Positions 47,917 through 56,778 of a stretch of DNA of 64,000 nucleotides are shown in pieces; the stretch's first letter is position 1; each line of letters starts with the position of its first letter. Where the stretch lies: NCBI GenBank assembly GCA_016187515.1, contig JACPJN010000006.1, positions 64,856-128,855 on the forward strand. The letters are read 5' to 3'. The translations under genes and the position numbers were made by a program. Source of the stretch: Candidatus Uhrbacteria bacterium (GTDB taxonomy: Bacteria > Patescibacteriota > Patescibacteriia > GWA2-47-26). The notes under the pieces are model-generated. The model was not told the origin of the DNA and did no database searches. It worked only from the letters and a program-made list of their open reading frames with translations.

Positions 47917-49470
47917 CTACAAAGCGGTTTTTTTGTCAAGCCCTGGTTGTGCCAGGGCTGTGGATAGACCTAAAAATCCCCAAAACAACAGAATTCCAAA
48001 GGGTAAAGTCCAAAGATAGTGATCAAACATTAGTAGAATTAAAAATGTAAGCAGAGCTTGCTCCAGCGGCACTCGTCGAAAATGTCCAAGCGGAGCTTGT
48101 CCATTTTGCGCCTCGTTTGCTGGAGTAAAATGTAAAATGTAAAATTTCGATTGACGGACGATTGTGTAAAGCGCGGCCACAAATAATAGCAATCCTACTA
48201 CTCCCAACTCTGCCAGCACCAGCAAAAACACATTATGTGCCGGTTGATACGACCACAACGGCTGTCCCGGCCGCACATCACGCGCAAGGGCTTGGGTGTA
48301 ATTGCCGATTCCAACGCCGGCCACGGGATGCGCGCGCGCCAGCTGCCAGGCCTCGCGCACGCCTTCCACGCGTTCCGCGCGCGATTTTACTTCCAGGCGC
48401 GAATCGCCGTGAAAACGCGTGGCCACAAGCGGACGAAAAGTGAGTGTAAGAAGTAGTACGTAGAAGATAATCAAAAAAATATAAAAACGATCGTGTGCGA
48501 CTTCTTGCCCCTCACCCCCGCCCTCTCCCACACAGGGAGAGGGAGATCGTTTTGCTTCCTCTCCCTTTATGGGAGAGGATTGAGGTGAGGGTTTCCCTAA
48601 TACCTTAATAACCCAATAACTTAATAACACGATCGTCGCCGCCCACGCCGCGCGAGAGAATGAGAAAAAAATTCCCGTGATTAAAATCGGCACTGTTATT
48701 TTTAGCAATAACACTTTTATGCTTCTTTCCTTCCCCTCTTCTAATAACCTAATGACTAAATAACTTAATAGCCCCAACGCCACCACTAAATATCCTCCCA
48801 GCACATTGGGGTGCGGCAATCCCCCGTAGGCGCGCAGCCACCGCTCATCCGCAAACTCCACTACCGACGTGCCGAGTACGGCTGGATCATGGAGCGCCAG
48901 GCCCAGCAGTGTGGACGCGAATGTGGATTGGGTGAGGAATTGATGGATACCGAGGATTGCCTCCAGGGCGGCGCCGATAAGGAAAGCGTACACCCACCAC
49001 TCTGTCATTCCGAGCGAAGCGAGGAATCTCTTCCCTTTCGCAGGCGTAGCGGTAGAGATTTCTCCACTCCGCCCCGACTGAAACGTCGGGGCTACGGTCG
49101 AAATGACGATGTAGAGAAGTACTCCTTCCAAAAGCCGCATCGCCGCCTGCAGCGCCACGAGTTTATCCGGCGCCCAGGCGATCGAAAAAAACGCCAATAA
49201 AGGCAAACCCAAAAACCAAATATTTTTCATTTTTAATTTTTCATTTTTAATTTTGATTGCCCCCATGGCAATCACCACCCACCCCAAAATCTCGGCCAAA
49301 AAAACGGATAATGTGCCGTACTCGTACAACTGCGCTGCTCTAAAAACATACCGGGTCTGCAGCGGCAATAAAAAAAAGAAAGCCGCCAGCAGCGCGTAAA
49401 ATGCCTGATCAAAGGCCAACCGCGGCCAAACGCGCGGCATACTCTTTTTTAAAGTATTCTCGTTTGTCAT
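47917..49470 (-). CDS. Second O-antigen ligase/Wzy_C-like membrane protein, carrying at least four insertions.
   Basis: FSFSRAAWAATIV motif. Contains a heptamer tract (48125..48146, giving KFYILHFT as in ligase 1), a GC-palindrome element (48508..48596), a GTCATT MITE (48985..49085, giving RFLASLGMT) and taataac repeats. Confidence 0.55.
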   Translation of the reverse strand: MTNENTLKKSMPRVWPRLAFDQAFYALLAAFFFLLPLQTRYVFRAAQLYEYGTLSVFLAEILGWVVIAMGAIKIKNEKLKMKNIWFLGLPLLAFFSIAWAPDKLVALQAAMRLLEGVLLYIVISTVAPTFQSGRSGEISTATPAKGKRFLASLGMTEWWVYAFLIGAALEAILGIHQFLTQSTFASTLLGLALHDPAVLGTSVVEFADERWLRAYGGLPHPNVLGGYLVVALGLLSYLVIRLLEEGKERSIKVLLLKITVPILITGIFFSFSRAAWAATIVLLSYWVIKVLGKPSPQSSPIKGEEAKRSPSPCVGEGGGEGQEVAHDRFYIFLIIFYVLLLTLTFRPLVATRFHGDSRLEVKSRAERVEGVREAWQLARAHPVAGVGIGNYTQALARDVRPGQPLWSYQPAHNVFLLVLAELGVVGLLLFVAALYTIVRQSKFYILHFTPANEAQNGQAPLGHFRRVPLEQALLTFLILLMFDHYLWTLPFGILLFWGFLGLSTALAQPGLDKKTAL

Positions 49471-50296
49471 GATCGTGGAATTTTAAAAACTCCTCGTTCA
49501 TCACTACGCCCTTTCCTTTATTCGCCATCTCCCGCAAATGCGCGGGCATGATATTCATCTGCACCCATCGCAATAATTTCTCCAGAATATCGCCTCCACC
49601 GCTCCTTTTTCCCCTCACCCTCCCCTCCCCGGGGCCTGCGCTCGCTCGGCCCGTCTTCGACCCCCGCGGGAGAGGGTGGCCGAAGGCCGGGTGAGGGTGC
49701 GTCAGCGGCAGCAAATTCTTCAACCAATACTCAAAGTACACATCCCCGCCTCCGGGCAATGCCGCGCGCCGCATCTGCGCCCCCTCCGCCGCGAAAAACG
49801 AAAGACAAAGGCCGTCTTTGGCGTGCGCGCTGGTTGGCCGGCCAAAACATTTCGCGAGCAGGATTAGAAAAAACCGCGCGGACCAGATCCGGCCGCGCCT
49901 GATCGTAATAAAAAGATCAATATCGCTCTCTGATCGCGCGTTCAAAAATCCCAGCGAGTTACAGGCATAGATCGCCCGCACAAATGGAATCCGAAGCGCC
50001 AACCGCGCAAAGCGCCGCGCTTTATCAAGTTTGTATTTTGAAGCGCGGTAGCGTCGCGCTCGTTCGCCACTTTGCGGTGGCGCGCCGCCGCAAAGTGGCG
50101 AACGCAAACTCCATACTCCGTCCTGAAATACTAAACGCGCTTTTAGCCGCTCGCTTTCCAAGAGCAGCCGCGCCACCTCGCTATACTGCGCTGCTCCGCC
50201 AATACTCCGCCAAATCTCTAAAGTAGTCAACGGATACGAAAAAAGATCAAAATAGACCAGCACCTCAAGGATTTCCTGCTCGAGATGACCTGACAT
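49409..50296 (-). CDS. Putative nucleotidyltransferase-fold protein, interrupted by a GC element and a perfect 16-bp palindrome.
   Basis: GFLNARSESDIDLFI (Pol-beta-like GS...DxD); palindrome gttcgccactttgcgg/ccgcaaagtggcgaac at about 50030..50110. Confidence 0.35.
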   Translation of the reverse strand: MSGHLEQEILEVLVYFDLFSYPLTTLEIWRSIGGAAQYSEVARLLLESERLKARLVFQDGVWSLRSPLCGGAPPQSGERARRYRASKYKLDKARRFARLALRIPFVRAIYACNSLGFLNARSESDIDLFITIRRGRIWSARFFLILLAKCFGRPTSAHAKDGLCLSFFAAEGAQMRRAALPGGGDVYFEYWLKNLLPLTHPHPAFGHPLPRGSKTGRASAGPGEGRVRGKRSGGGDILEKLLRWVQMNIMPAHLREMANKGKGVVMNEEFLKFHDHDKREYFKKEYAARLAAVGL

Positions 50297-50345
50297 AAAT
50301 TCGAAATCACAAGCACCAAATTACAAGGAAATTACAAGCTCCAAA

Positions 50346-51095
50346 TTACAAATTTTTTGGATTTTGAATTTGTTTGGGATTTGGGATTTGGGATTTGGGA
50401 TTTTTCAAAAAAACATATTGCTGGGCAATGCTCAAAAGATTCGTAACCAGCCAGTACAAAATAACGCCGCCGGGAAGCGAGGCACCGATCACCACCGTCA
50501 TGGCCGGCATCACATAAAGCATCTGCTTGTTCATCATCGTGAGCATCGCCTCGTCTTTGCTGCCCTCCACTTTTGGTTTAATTTGTTTGGTCGACATCAT
50601 TTTGGCTTGCACATATTGTGAAAGACCGGCCAGAAACGCGATGGGCAGGTTCGCGGCGGCCAGATCAAGAAATCCAAAGGCCAGGGCCTTGACCGTGCCG
50701 GGGCTCGCTACAAAAGCATAAAGCAATTCTGCCCCGCCGCTTTTAAGGCCAATGGTCATGGCCTGATAAAGGGCGATAAAAATCGGGAGCTGCACCAAAA
50801 GCGGCAAACAAGACGAGGCCGGGTTCACTTTCTCCTTTTTGTAAAATTCCATGGTGGCCTTCGCCAGCGCTTGCTTGTCGCCTTTATGTTTCTCTTTCAG
50901 CTCATTCAGCTTCGGCTGTAGATCTTGGAGCGCCTTTTGCGACTTGAGCGCTCGAAGAGTTACCGGAAAAATCAGCAAGCGCACTGCCACGGTAAGCAGA
51001 ATAATCGCCACCCCAATATCACCCACGACATTGTAGAGCGCGATCAGCGCGTTAAAGGTGGGTTTTAGAAATACGCTTTGATAGAGAGCAATCAT
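50346..51095 (-). CDS. yidC: YidC/Oxa1 membrane insertase, short form. Its C-terminal tail is encoded by a gggattt heptamer tract.
   Basis: CLPLLVQLPIFIALY...; the tract at 50385..50409 encodes QIPNPKQIQNPK. Confidence 0.85.
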   Translation of the reverse strand: MIALYQSVFLKPTFNALIALYNVVGDIGVAIILLTVAVRLLIFPVTLRALKSQKALQDLQPKLNELKEKHKGDKQALAKATMEFYKKEKVNPASSCLPLLVQLPIFIALYQAMTIGLKSGGAELLYAFVASPGTVKALAFGFLDLAAANLPIAFLAGLSQYVQAKMMSTKQIKPKVEGSKDEAMLTMMNKQMLYVMPAMTVVIGASLPGGVILYWLVTNLLSIAQQYVFLKNPKSQIPNPKQIQNPKNL

Positions 51096-51128
51096 TGGTT
51101 TTGAAGTAAATCAGGTAACTCAAGTAAA

Positions 51129-52400
51129 TCAGGCGCTTGATTTACTTGTCTCGCTTGATTCACTAGATACTTCCCCCGGCGTGGCCGCCGGTTCACCGGG
51201 CGGCAGGGTTCCTTCCTCCGGAGTTAAAGTTGTAATTGGCGCGCCGCCTTCTCCTAAGATATTAATCTTCCAGCCGGTAAGTTTGGAGGCCAGCCGGACA
51301 TTCTGGCCGGCGCGCCCGATCGCCAAAGACAGCTCCTCGGCAAGGACGGTAACGTTGGCCGTTTTTGTCTCCTCGTCAAAAGCAACTTTTTTTACCTTGG
51401 CCGGCGCCAGTGAAGCAGCGATGAATTTATCCGCGTCCTCGCTCCATTGTACCACATCAATCTTCTCCCCGCCTATCTCGGCGATAATCGTCTGGATCCG
51501 GCCGCCGCGCTGGCCAATGCAAGAACCGATCGGGTCAATGTTTTCATCATGGGAGACCACCGCGATTTTCGAGCGAGCCCCGGCCTCGCGAGCCACCCCT
51601 TTCACCTCCACCACCCCGCTTTGCACTTCCGGAATTTCCAGACGAAAAAGTTCGGCGACCATCGCCGGATCAGTCCGCGAAAGCACGATCTCCGGCCCTT
51701 TTGAACCCATCGCGACGGATTTTACATAAAACTTCATCCGCTCCCCGGCGCGATACGACTCTCGTTCAATCTGTTCGCCCAAAGGCAAAATCGCGGAGGT
51801 TCTTCCAAAATCAACCAGCTGCAGCCGCCCTTCCTGTCTTCCCAAAATACCGGTAACAATCGTGCCGCCCTTGCCGGACCATTCCTCAAAAATGGTCTGC
51901 CGCTCGGCCTCGCGCAGCCGCTGGGTAATCACCTGCTTGGCGGTCTGCGCCGCCATGCGTCCGAAAGCGTGGGGGATTTCCAGCTCGATTCGAAGCTCCT
52001 CTCCCAATTCAGCATTGGGCTTAATCGCGCGCGCCTCGGAAACCATCAGCATGGTTTTGGGGTTAAACTTTTCCTCGACTAACCCGCCTGAATTTTCCTG
52101 CTCCGCGCCAGGCACGCCAGCCGAAGGCACTGCAGGAAAATTCTGTGCGGGCTCCTCTTCTTTTTTCTTTTGTGCCTCCAATTCCTCTTCGCTAAAATCC
52201 CGCACCACGATCTTTACGTCAAAAGCGCGCATGGCTCCGGTCTCCGGATCAAACTCCACTTTAATATTCTGATTTTTGTGGCCAAAATCTTTGCGATAGG
52301 CCGCGGCCAGCGCGGCTTCCACCGTTTGCAGGACTTGCTCATGCGCCAGTCCTTTTTCCTCGCAGATTTGTTTAATTGCTTGAACTATTGGAGATGCCAT
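51129..52400 (-). CDS. nusA: Transcription termination/antitermination factor NusA.
   Basis: S1 and KH domains (GSCIGQRGGRIQ...), acidic C-terminus; start ATG at 52400. Confidence 0.85.
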   Translation of the reverse strand: MASPIVQAIKQICEEKGLAHEQVLQTVEAALAAAYRKDFGHKNQNIKVEFDPETGAMRAFDVKIVVRDFSEEELEAQKKKEEEPAQNFPAVPSAGVPGAEQENSGGLVEEKFNPKTMLMVSEARAIKPNAELGEELRIELEIPHAFGRMAAQTAKQVITQRLREAERQTIFEEWSGKGGTIVTGILGRQEGRLQLVDFGRTSAILPLGEQIERESYRAGERMKFYVKSVAMGSKGPEIVLSRTDPAMVAELFRLEIPEVQSGVVEVKGVAREAGARSKIAVVSHDENIDPIGSCIGQRGGRIQTIIAEIGGEKIDVVQWSEDADKFIAASLAPAKVKKVAFDEETKTANVTVLAEELSLAIGRAGQNVRLASKLTGWKINILGEGGAPITTLTPEEGTLPPGEPAATPGEVSSESSETSKSSA

Positions 52401-52500
52401 ACAAAGCACGGAACTTATGCGGAACTTTAGCAGAATATATACGGAATCCGTATAGGTTCCGTTGTAGTTCAGTGTGCGTTCCGCGGTTATTAAAAAACCA
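52401..52500 (-). promoter_or_regulatory. Copy of the 90-bp CGGAAC/GTTCCG element directly upstream of the nusA ATG.
   Basis: cggaacttatgcggaac...gttccgttgtagttcagtgtgcgttccg. Confidence 0.45.
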
Positions 52501-52655
52501 GTTCCCTATCAGGAACTAGTCCAGTGTGGATATACTATCACACCTTATAAATCCTGTCAAATCAGCCAAGCAACTCCTTCACCATTTTGCCGACCACCGG
52601 CCCCTCCGCGGCGCCTTTAAGTTCTTTCATTGCCGCGCCCATGAGTTTACCAAAG

Positions 52656-53081
52656 TTATTGTTTCAGTGTGACTTCAATCTCTTCCTGTTGATGATTTAA
52701 AGTAACTTTAAACTGATCAAAGAAACCAACTTGCCCAAGAATACCATAACCATCAGCCGGGATATCCCGAGAAAATCCGCAATACAATTGGTACGAATAT
52801 TCTCCCACCGTTGCAGTGATCGTATGGAAATACGCGTGCATACCGCCACCGCCTACGCCTCTAAATTCTGCTTCCTTGCCCTGCTCCACTTCAAGCCCAA
52901 GCAGTTCACCCACCAAACTATGGAATATACAGAAATCCGCTCCGGAATCTATAAGCGCTTTGTATCGTCTCTCTGTGCCTTGGTGCTCAAGTGTGATGAG
53001 AATAATCGGACGCAACGAAACGAAACTATTGGGAAATGCAGGACACGGCGCGACTTGCACACGCTCATAGAAAAATCTCAT
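52656..53081 (-). CDS. Retropepsin-like (clan AA) aspartic peptidase.
   Basis: ALIDSGADFCIF (DSGA catalytic motif). Confidence 0.55.
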   Translation of the reverse strand: MRFFYERVQVAPCPAFPNSFVSLRPIILITLEHQGTERRYKALIDSGADFCIFHSLVGELLGLEVEQGKEAEFRGVGGGGMHAYFHTITATVGEYSYQLYCGFSRDIPADGYGILGQVGFFDQFKVTLNHQQEEIEVTLKQ

Positions 53082-53098
53082 ACACGGGTCTCGCGCAC

Positions 53099-53284
53099 TT
53101 AACCAATAAAAAATCCCGCATGTGCCGGAACGTGGTAGAGAATGGGGCGCTCTACTTTCTTTTGGGCCTCCTCAAATACCTTTTTCCCATCTTCACCGGC
53201 AGCAACCACCTTATTCTCCTCGGTAAGCGCAACCCAAAGTCCGGGATATTTGCGATAAATTTCAGTCATGTCAATGGCTGGCAT
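53099..53284 (-). CDS. Small hypothetical protein (61 aa), possibly DUF5678-like.
   Basis: Within the islet; weak family resemblance only. Confidence 0.3.
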   Translation of the reverse strand: MPAIDMTEIYRKYPGLWVALTEENKVVAAGEDGKKVFEEAQKKVERPILYHVPAHAGFFIG

Positions 53285-53307
53285 ATATGCTTTATTGCAG
53301 TGGCTAT

Positions 53308-53547
53308 TTATCTTCCGTATTTTTCTATTAAAACGTCCAGATCACCACCACATTCATCTTTGAATTTAAGCCAAATTTCATCGCCCTTGCCTAAATTGGG
53401 CACGACTCTGTCATATACTTCAGGGCCTCTTTGGAGAATACGCCTTAACAATATTAAGTTACCTGGAAGACCGTCATATCTGTCCAGTATATCTTGCTGA
53501 TAATCTTTTGGTTTTTCGGGCCTGCTGCCCCGACTTTCGGGTTTCAT
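53308..53547 (-). CDS. Small hypothetical protein (79 aa).
   Basis: Within the islet. Confidence 0.3.
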   Translation of the reverse strand: MKPESRGSRPEKPKDYQQDILDRYDGLPGNLILLRRILQRGPEVYDRVVPNLGKGDEIWLKFKDECGGDLDVLIEKYGR

Positions 53548-53578
53548 AATAGTATTTAAGTTAGTATACCATGTATTA

Positions 53579-54046
53579 TTAAAATATCAACATCTCCTTC
53601 ACTATCCGACTTACCACCGTCCCATCCGCGCCACCTTTAAGTTCTTTCATTGCCGCGCCCATGACGCGGCCAAAATCGGCCGGTCCCACACTGCCCATGC
53701 CGGAGATCACGCGCTTGACCGCCGCGCGCACTTTTTCTTCATCCATCATTGCCGGCAGATATTTTTTCAGCACGTTGAGTTCCGCGTCGTTCTGCTCTTT
53801 TAAATCCGCCCGGCCGCCTTGGACAAAAAGTTCACCGGCCTCTTCCAATTGTTTAACTTGCCGCTTCACGATGGCTAGCGCTTCCTCCTCGGTAAGCTTG
53901 GCTTCGCGGTCGCCGGATTTTCCGCGTTTTTCAATCTCGGCATTTTGAAACGCGGTCTTCAGCAACCGCAACACTTCCGTGGCGGTCCTTTGACCGCCGC
54001 GGAATGCGGCTTTATATTCATCTTCGATACGCTGCGCAAGCGGCAT
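53579..54046 (-). CDS. yqeY: GatB/YqeY domain protein.
   Basis: MPLAQRIEDEYKAAFRGG...; typical size. Confidence 0.75.
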   Translation of the reverse strand: MPLAQRIEDEYKAAFRGGQRTATEVLRLLKTAFQNAEIEKRGKSGDREAKLTEEEALAIVKRQVKQLEEAGELFVQGGRADLKEQNDAELNVLKKYLPAMMDEEKVRAAVKRVISGMGSVGPADFGRVMGAAMKELKGGADGTVVSRIVKEMLIF

Positions 54047-54069
54047 AACTCTGCACAAAATAGAAACTT

Positions 54070-54312
54070 CTATGAACGGCGTCTTGATCGCGTCGGTTCC
54101 GGAAGCTGGCCCATTTTTTTCAGCTTATCATAATGCCGGTGCAGTTCCAGTCGGCGCAACGCGGACCGCTTCGCCGCGGTCTTATTCTTTTGATCAACTC
54201 TGAATCTGTTGCGCTTGGCCTGACGAAGCTGGCCGGAAAGCTGCATCCGGCGGGAAAATCTTCGCAGCATCGCTTCAAACGATTCACTTCTTCGGCGTTT
54301 TACCTCTAACAT
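54070..54312 (-). CDS. rpsU: Ribosomal protein bS21.
   Basis: MLEVKRRRSESFEAMLRRFSRRMQLSG... Confidence 0.8.
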   Translation of the reverse strand: MLEVKRRRSESFEAMLRRFSRRMQLSGQLRQAKRNRFRVDQKNKTAAKRSALRRLELHRHYDKLKKMGQLPEPTRSRRRS

Positions 54313-54386
54313 AAATCCCGTAGTGAGCTGCGCTCACTACGCCGCGACACCTCCTTTCCCTTGCGGTGTTGTTCTTGGCCGCATAA

Positions 54387-55787
54387 TCATAACCGTTCAC
54401 CCAATTTCTTTTTGATTTCATTAAAGACCTTATTGCAGTCAACCACTTCTTGAATCCCGGCTTCCATGTCTCGGATTATTGCCGTTTTGTCGATAATCTC
54501 TTTCTGGCCAATGATAATGGCGTAACGCACCCCGAGGCGGTTGGCAATCTCCAGTTGGGCTTTAAGCCCGTCTTTCGAGATTGCGGCGGCCACCGGAATT
54601 TCTTTGCGGAACTCTTGGAGCAAAGCCAGCGCGCGGCGCCGCGCCCCTTCGCCAAGCTGGGCAATAAAAATTTTGGGTACGACCGGCGGGGCCGGGGTTT
54701 TCCCCAGTGCGCGCATAAAACCAACCACCCGCTCCAGACCCATGGAAAATCCCACTGCCGGAGTGGATCTTCCGCCTAACTCCTCGACTAGTCCGTCGTA
54801 GCGCCCCCCTCCGCCAAGCGCGCTCTGCCGGCCGGACCGCTCCAGCTCTAACTCTGGCGGCGCGGGGTTTTCGTCTGCCGCTCCGGATTGCCCGCCTGAC
54901 GCTTGAGCCGCGCTTACGGGACTTTCCGGCGCTTTTTCCGGTATTTTCGCCGGAAAAATTTCAAAAGTCGTTCTGGTGTAGTAATCCAGGCCGCGCACAA
55001 TATGCGGATTAAGGTTATAGGCCACTCCGACATCGTCAAGATATTCCAGAACTCTCATGAAATGCTCTCGGCAGCTGTCGCAAAGCATATCCGGGAGCTG
55101 CGGCGCGCCTTCCCGCAAAAGTTCACACTGCGCTTCTTGGCAGTCGAGCAGCCGCAGGGGATTCGTCTTCAATCGGCCTTTACACGATTCACAAAGCAGC
55201 TCCGCCTTGGGCTGATAAAAATTCACCAGGGCTTCCCGATAAGGAACCCGGCAGGAAACGCACCCTAGACTATTGACCTGAAGCGCAACCGGAAGATCCA
55301 GGTCCTTAAAGAAAGACATCGCGATCGCGATAATCTCCGCGTCAAGCACGGGATGAGGGTCGCCAAGCGCCTCCAATCCCCATTGATGAAACTGACGATA
55401 ACGTCCGGCTTGCGGGCGTTCTCTTCGGAAAAAAGGCCCCCGGTACCAAAGCTTAACCGGTTGAGGAAGATTGACCATCCCGTGGTTAATATAGGCGCGA
55501 GCGACCGCGGCGGTTCCTTCCGGCCGCAGCGCCAAAGTATCGCCGCCTTGATCCTTGAAAAAATACATTTCTTTCTGCACGATATCGGTCGCCTCGCCCA
55601 CTCCGCGCAAAAATAAGGATCGATATTCGAGGATGGGAGTGGCGATGTAGCCATAGCCAAAAGCGCGCGAAAGCTCTTTGGCCTTTGCTGAAACGGCATC
55701 CCAAAACGCTTCGTCTTGGGGCAGGATATCGCGCATCCCGCGCGGGGGCTGCAGGGCCGCAAGCGGCGGGGGTAAAGCCGCCGGCAT
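54387..55787 (-). CDS. hisS: Histidyl-tRNA synthetase, with a low-complexity insertion.
   Basis: LQPPRGMRDILP...LRPEGTAAVARAY...; ATG at 55787 with a GGGGGAG RBS. The track start at 55943 runs into lepB and is unlikely. Confidence 0.85.
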   Translation of the reverse strand: MPAALPPPLAALQPPRGMRDILPQDEAFWDAVSAKAKELSRAFGYGYIATPILEYRSLFLRGVGEATDIVQKEMYFFKDQGGDTLALRPEGTAAVARAYINHGMVNLPQPVKLWYRGPFFRRERPQAGRYRQFHQWGLEALGDPHPVLDAEIIAIAMSFFKDLDLPVALQVNSLGCVSCRVPYREALVNFYQPKAELLCESCKGRLKTNPLRLLDCQEAQCELLREGAPQLPDMLCDSCREHFMRVLEYLDDVGVAYNLNPHIVRGLDYYTRTTFEIFPAKIPEKAPESPVSAAQASGGQSGAADENPAPPELELERSGRQSALGGGGRYDGLVEELGGRSTPAVGFSMGLERVVGFMRALGKTPAPPVVPKIFIAQLGEGARRRALALLQEFRKEIPVAAAISKDGLKAQLEIANRLGVRYAIIIGQKEIIDKTAIIRDMEAGIQEVVDCNKVFNEIKKKLGERL

Positions 55788-55860
55788 TTCCGCTCCCCCG
55801 CGCGCGGCTTCGGGAACCGACGCTGGGGGGACAATCTTTTTCGGTCGTCCGACTTTTTTA

Positions 55861-56484
55861 CTAATTTTCTTTTTCAACATATAGAGGAGCGATAAATCTG
55901 GTAACTTTATCAAGCGGCCAGCCGCGAATCCAAGCCCGCCCAATCAGTAATTGTTTCGCCACTGGTCCGAATTGGCGAGAATCAAGCGAAGAAGAACGAT
56001 TATCGCCAAGCAAATAATACTCGCCATTGCCAAGTGCAACTGAAAAATTTCCGTAGATTACCGCTCCGGAATCAAGATAATCCTCCGTAAACACCACCCC
56101 CTCCGGATATTGCGCGTTCTTAATTTTTAATGCTGAATTCTGAATTTCAACGGTTTCCCCGGGCAAGCCGACAATCCGTTTGATAAAGAATTGGGCCGGG
56201 TCAGCCGGATACCTAAACACCACGATCTCTCCGCGCCTCGGCTCCCGCAGCCGGTAGCTTAATTCGTCAATGATCAAATACTCATGATCATAAAAATTCG
56301 GCTCCATGGACGCCCCTTTTACATAAAAGGGCTGCACCAGAAAATAACGGATCGGCAAAATAATCGCGAGCGATATAACCACCACGCGAATCAGCTCTCC
56401 GATATATTCCAGCGCCGCTCTAATAATCGAACGGCCGGCCGCCGCCGGGATTTTTTCACCTCCTGGTCTTTGCTCTTCTTCCAT
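55861..56484 (-). CDS. lepB: Signal peptidase I.
   Basis: VKGASMEPNF...; GDNRSSSLDSR. Confidence 0.8.
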   Translation of the reverse strand: MEEEQRPGGEKIPAAAGRSIIRAALEYIGELIRVVVISLAIILPIRYFLVQPFYVKGASMEPNFYDHEYLIIDELSYRLREPRRGEIVVFRYPADPAQFFIKRIVGLPGETVEIQNSALKIKNAQYPEGVVFTEDYLDSGAVIYGNFSVALGNGEYYLLGDNRSSSLDSRQFGPVAKQLLIGRAWIRGWPLDKVTRFIAPLYVEKEN

Positions 56485-56597
56485 ATAAACGCCAATATTA
56501 ACGCCAATACAAAAAAATCCTAAGGATATTCTACCATATCGTCAAGAAATCGGCAACATCGGCCTGCTTAATGTCAGCGACCAATCCGCACCAGACC

Positions 56598-56672
56598 TGG
56601 TGGGCGATGCTGGGATCGAACCAGCGACCTTTCCGATGTGAACGGAACGCTCTACCACTGAGCTAATCGCCC
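56598..56672 (-). tRNA. tRNA-Val (anticodon CAC), with encoded CCA.
   Basis: GGGCGATTAGCTCAGTGGTAGAGCG...; anticodon loop TTCACAT; T-arm GGTTCGATCC. Confidence 0.7.
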
Positions 56673-56778
56673 GGACAATACCACCCCTACTCTACCAAGC
56701 GAATATCGCGCAGTCAACCCCGCTCCCCCTTGTAATTTTCTACAATAACGACTATAATGAATAATCTGCAATCCATAT

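Larger units (their letters stand above)
52571..53664. mobile_element. ~0.9 kb AT-rich islet inserted into the 3' end of yqeY. It is flanked by 74-bp direct repeats, which are the duplicated yqeY 3' end.
   Basis: 52571..52644 and 53591..53664 are about 80% identical. The distal copy still encodes MGAAMKELKGAAEGPVVGKMVKELLG*, whereas the intact gene ends MGAAMKELKGGADGTVVSRIVKEMLIF*. Confidence 0.55.
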
